Source of the DNA: Leucoraja ocellata
Lineage: Eukaryota
NCBI GenBank assembly: GCA_036785375.1
Contig: JAWMAR010000026.1
Coordinates: 8,370,001-8,434,000 of the forward strand
Length of the DNA: 64,000 bases
Reading direction: 5' to 3'
Shown: positions 63,872 to 64,000 of the stretch, in pieces
How the letters are laid out: each line of letters begins with the position of its first letter
How positions within the stretch are numbered: the first letter of the stretch is position 1
The notes under the pieces: generated by a model
Databases searched by the model: none
What the model saw: the letters and a program-made list of their open reading frames with translations, nothing else
What the model was told of the DNA's origin: nothing
Program-made: the position numbers and the translations under genes

Positions 63872-63915
63872 GGACGTGCAGAAAATCGAAAGGACGTGCA
63901 GGGCATACAACAAAG
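63872..63915 (+). CDS. IgSF receptor candidate exon 5: cytoplasmic (G)TCRKSKGRAGHTTK; no stop codon, so the gene continues beyond the window
   Basis: Acceptor ttacctcactctag, strong donor AAG|gtaaga; 44 nt, phase 1->0, compatible with the TM exon. Confidence 0.6.
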
Positions 63916-64000
63916 GTAAGACATGTATAATACTGCAGAGACGTTCAAACAGCACTCGGACATCCTCCCAATTATTACCTTCGTTTGGATAATTACAAAA

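Overview
Repeat-rich vertebrate genomic DNA. The repeat set (CR1/HER1-type LINEs, tRNA-derived HE1-like SINEs, Penelope-derived repeats) points to a cartilaginous fish, probably a skate or ray; this is an inference. Two divergently oriented, spliced genes can be rebuilt by hand. (1) Minus strand: an OSGIN-family gene with four phase-compatible coding exons (8673-8586, 4546-4410, 3586-3395, 2768-2677) and a candidate first exon/promoter near 16.5-16.7 kb. Its last exon appears to lie before position 1. (2) Plus strand: a non-rearranging, antigen-receptor-like Ig-superfamily gene with leader (54396-54447), germline-joined VJ-type domain (54619-54930), C1-set domain (57371-57673), uncharged TM (63114-63212) and a first cytoplasmic exon (63872-63915); it continues past the window end. 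This VJ-C1-TM receptor is the most interesting object. Between the genes are candidate stress-response elements (a full-consensus ARE, a cluster of five MRE cores) and many nested transposons. These include a Harbinger-type element, a fold-back THAP/ISL2EU-like element, a Helitron carrying nested CR1/L1 insertions, and Penelope-derived repeats with hammerhead ribozyme cores. Repeat boundaries are by eye and approximate. No database searches were run.
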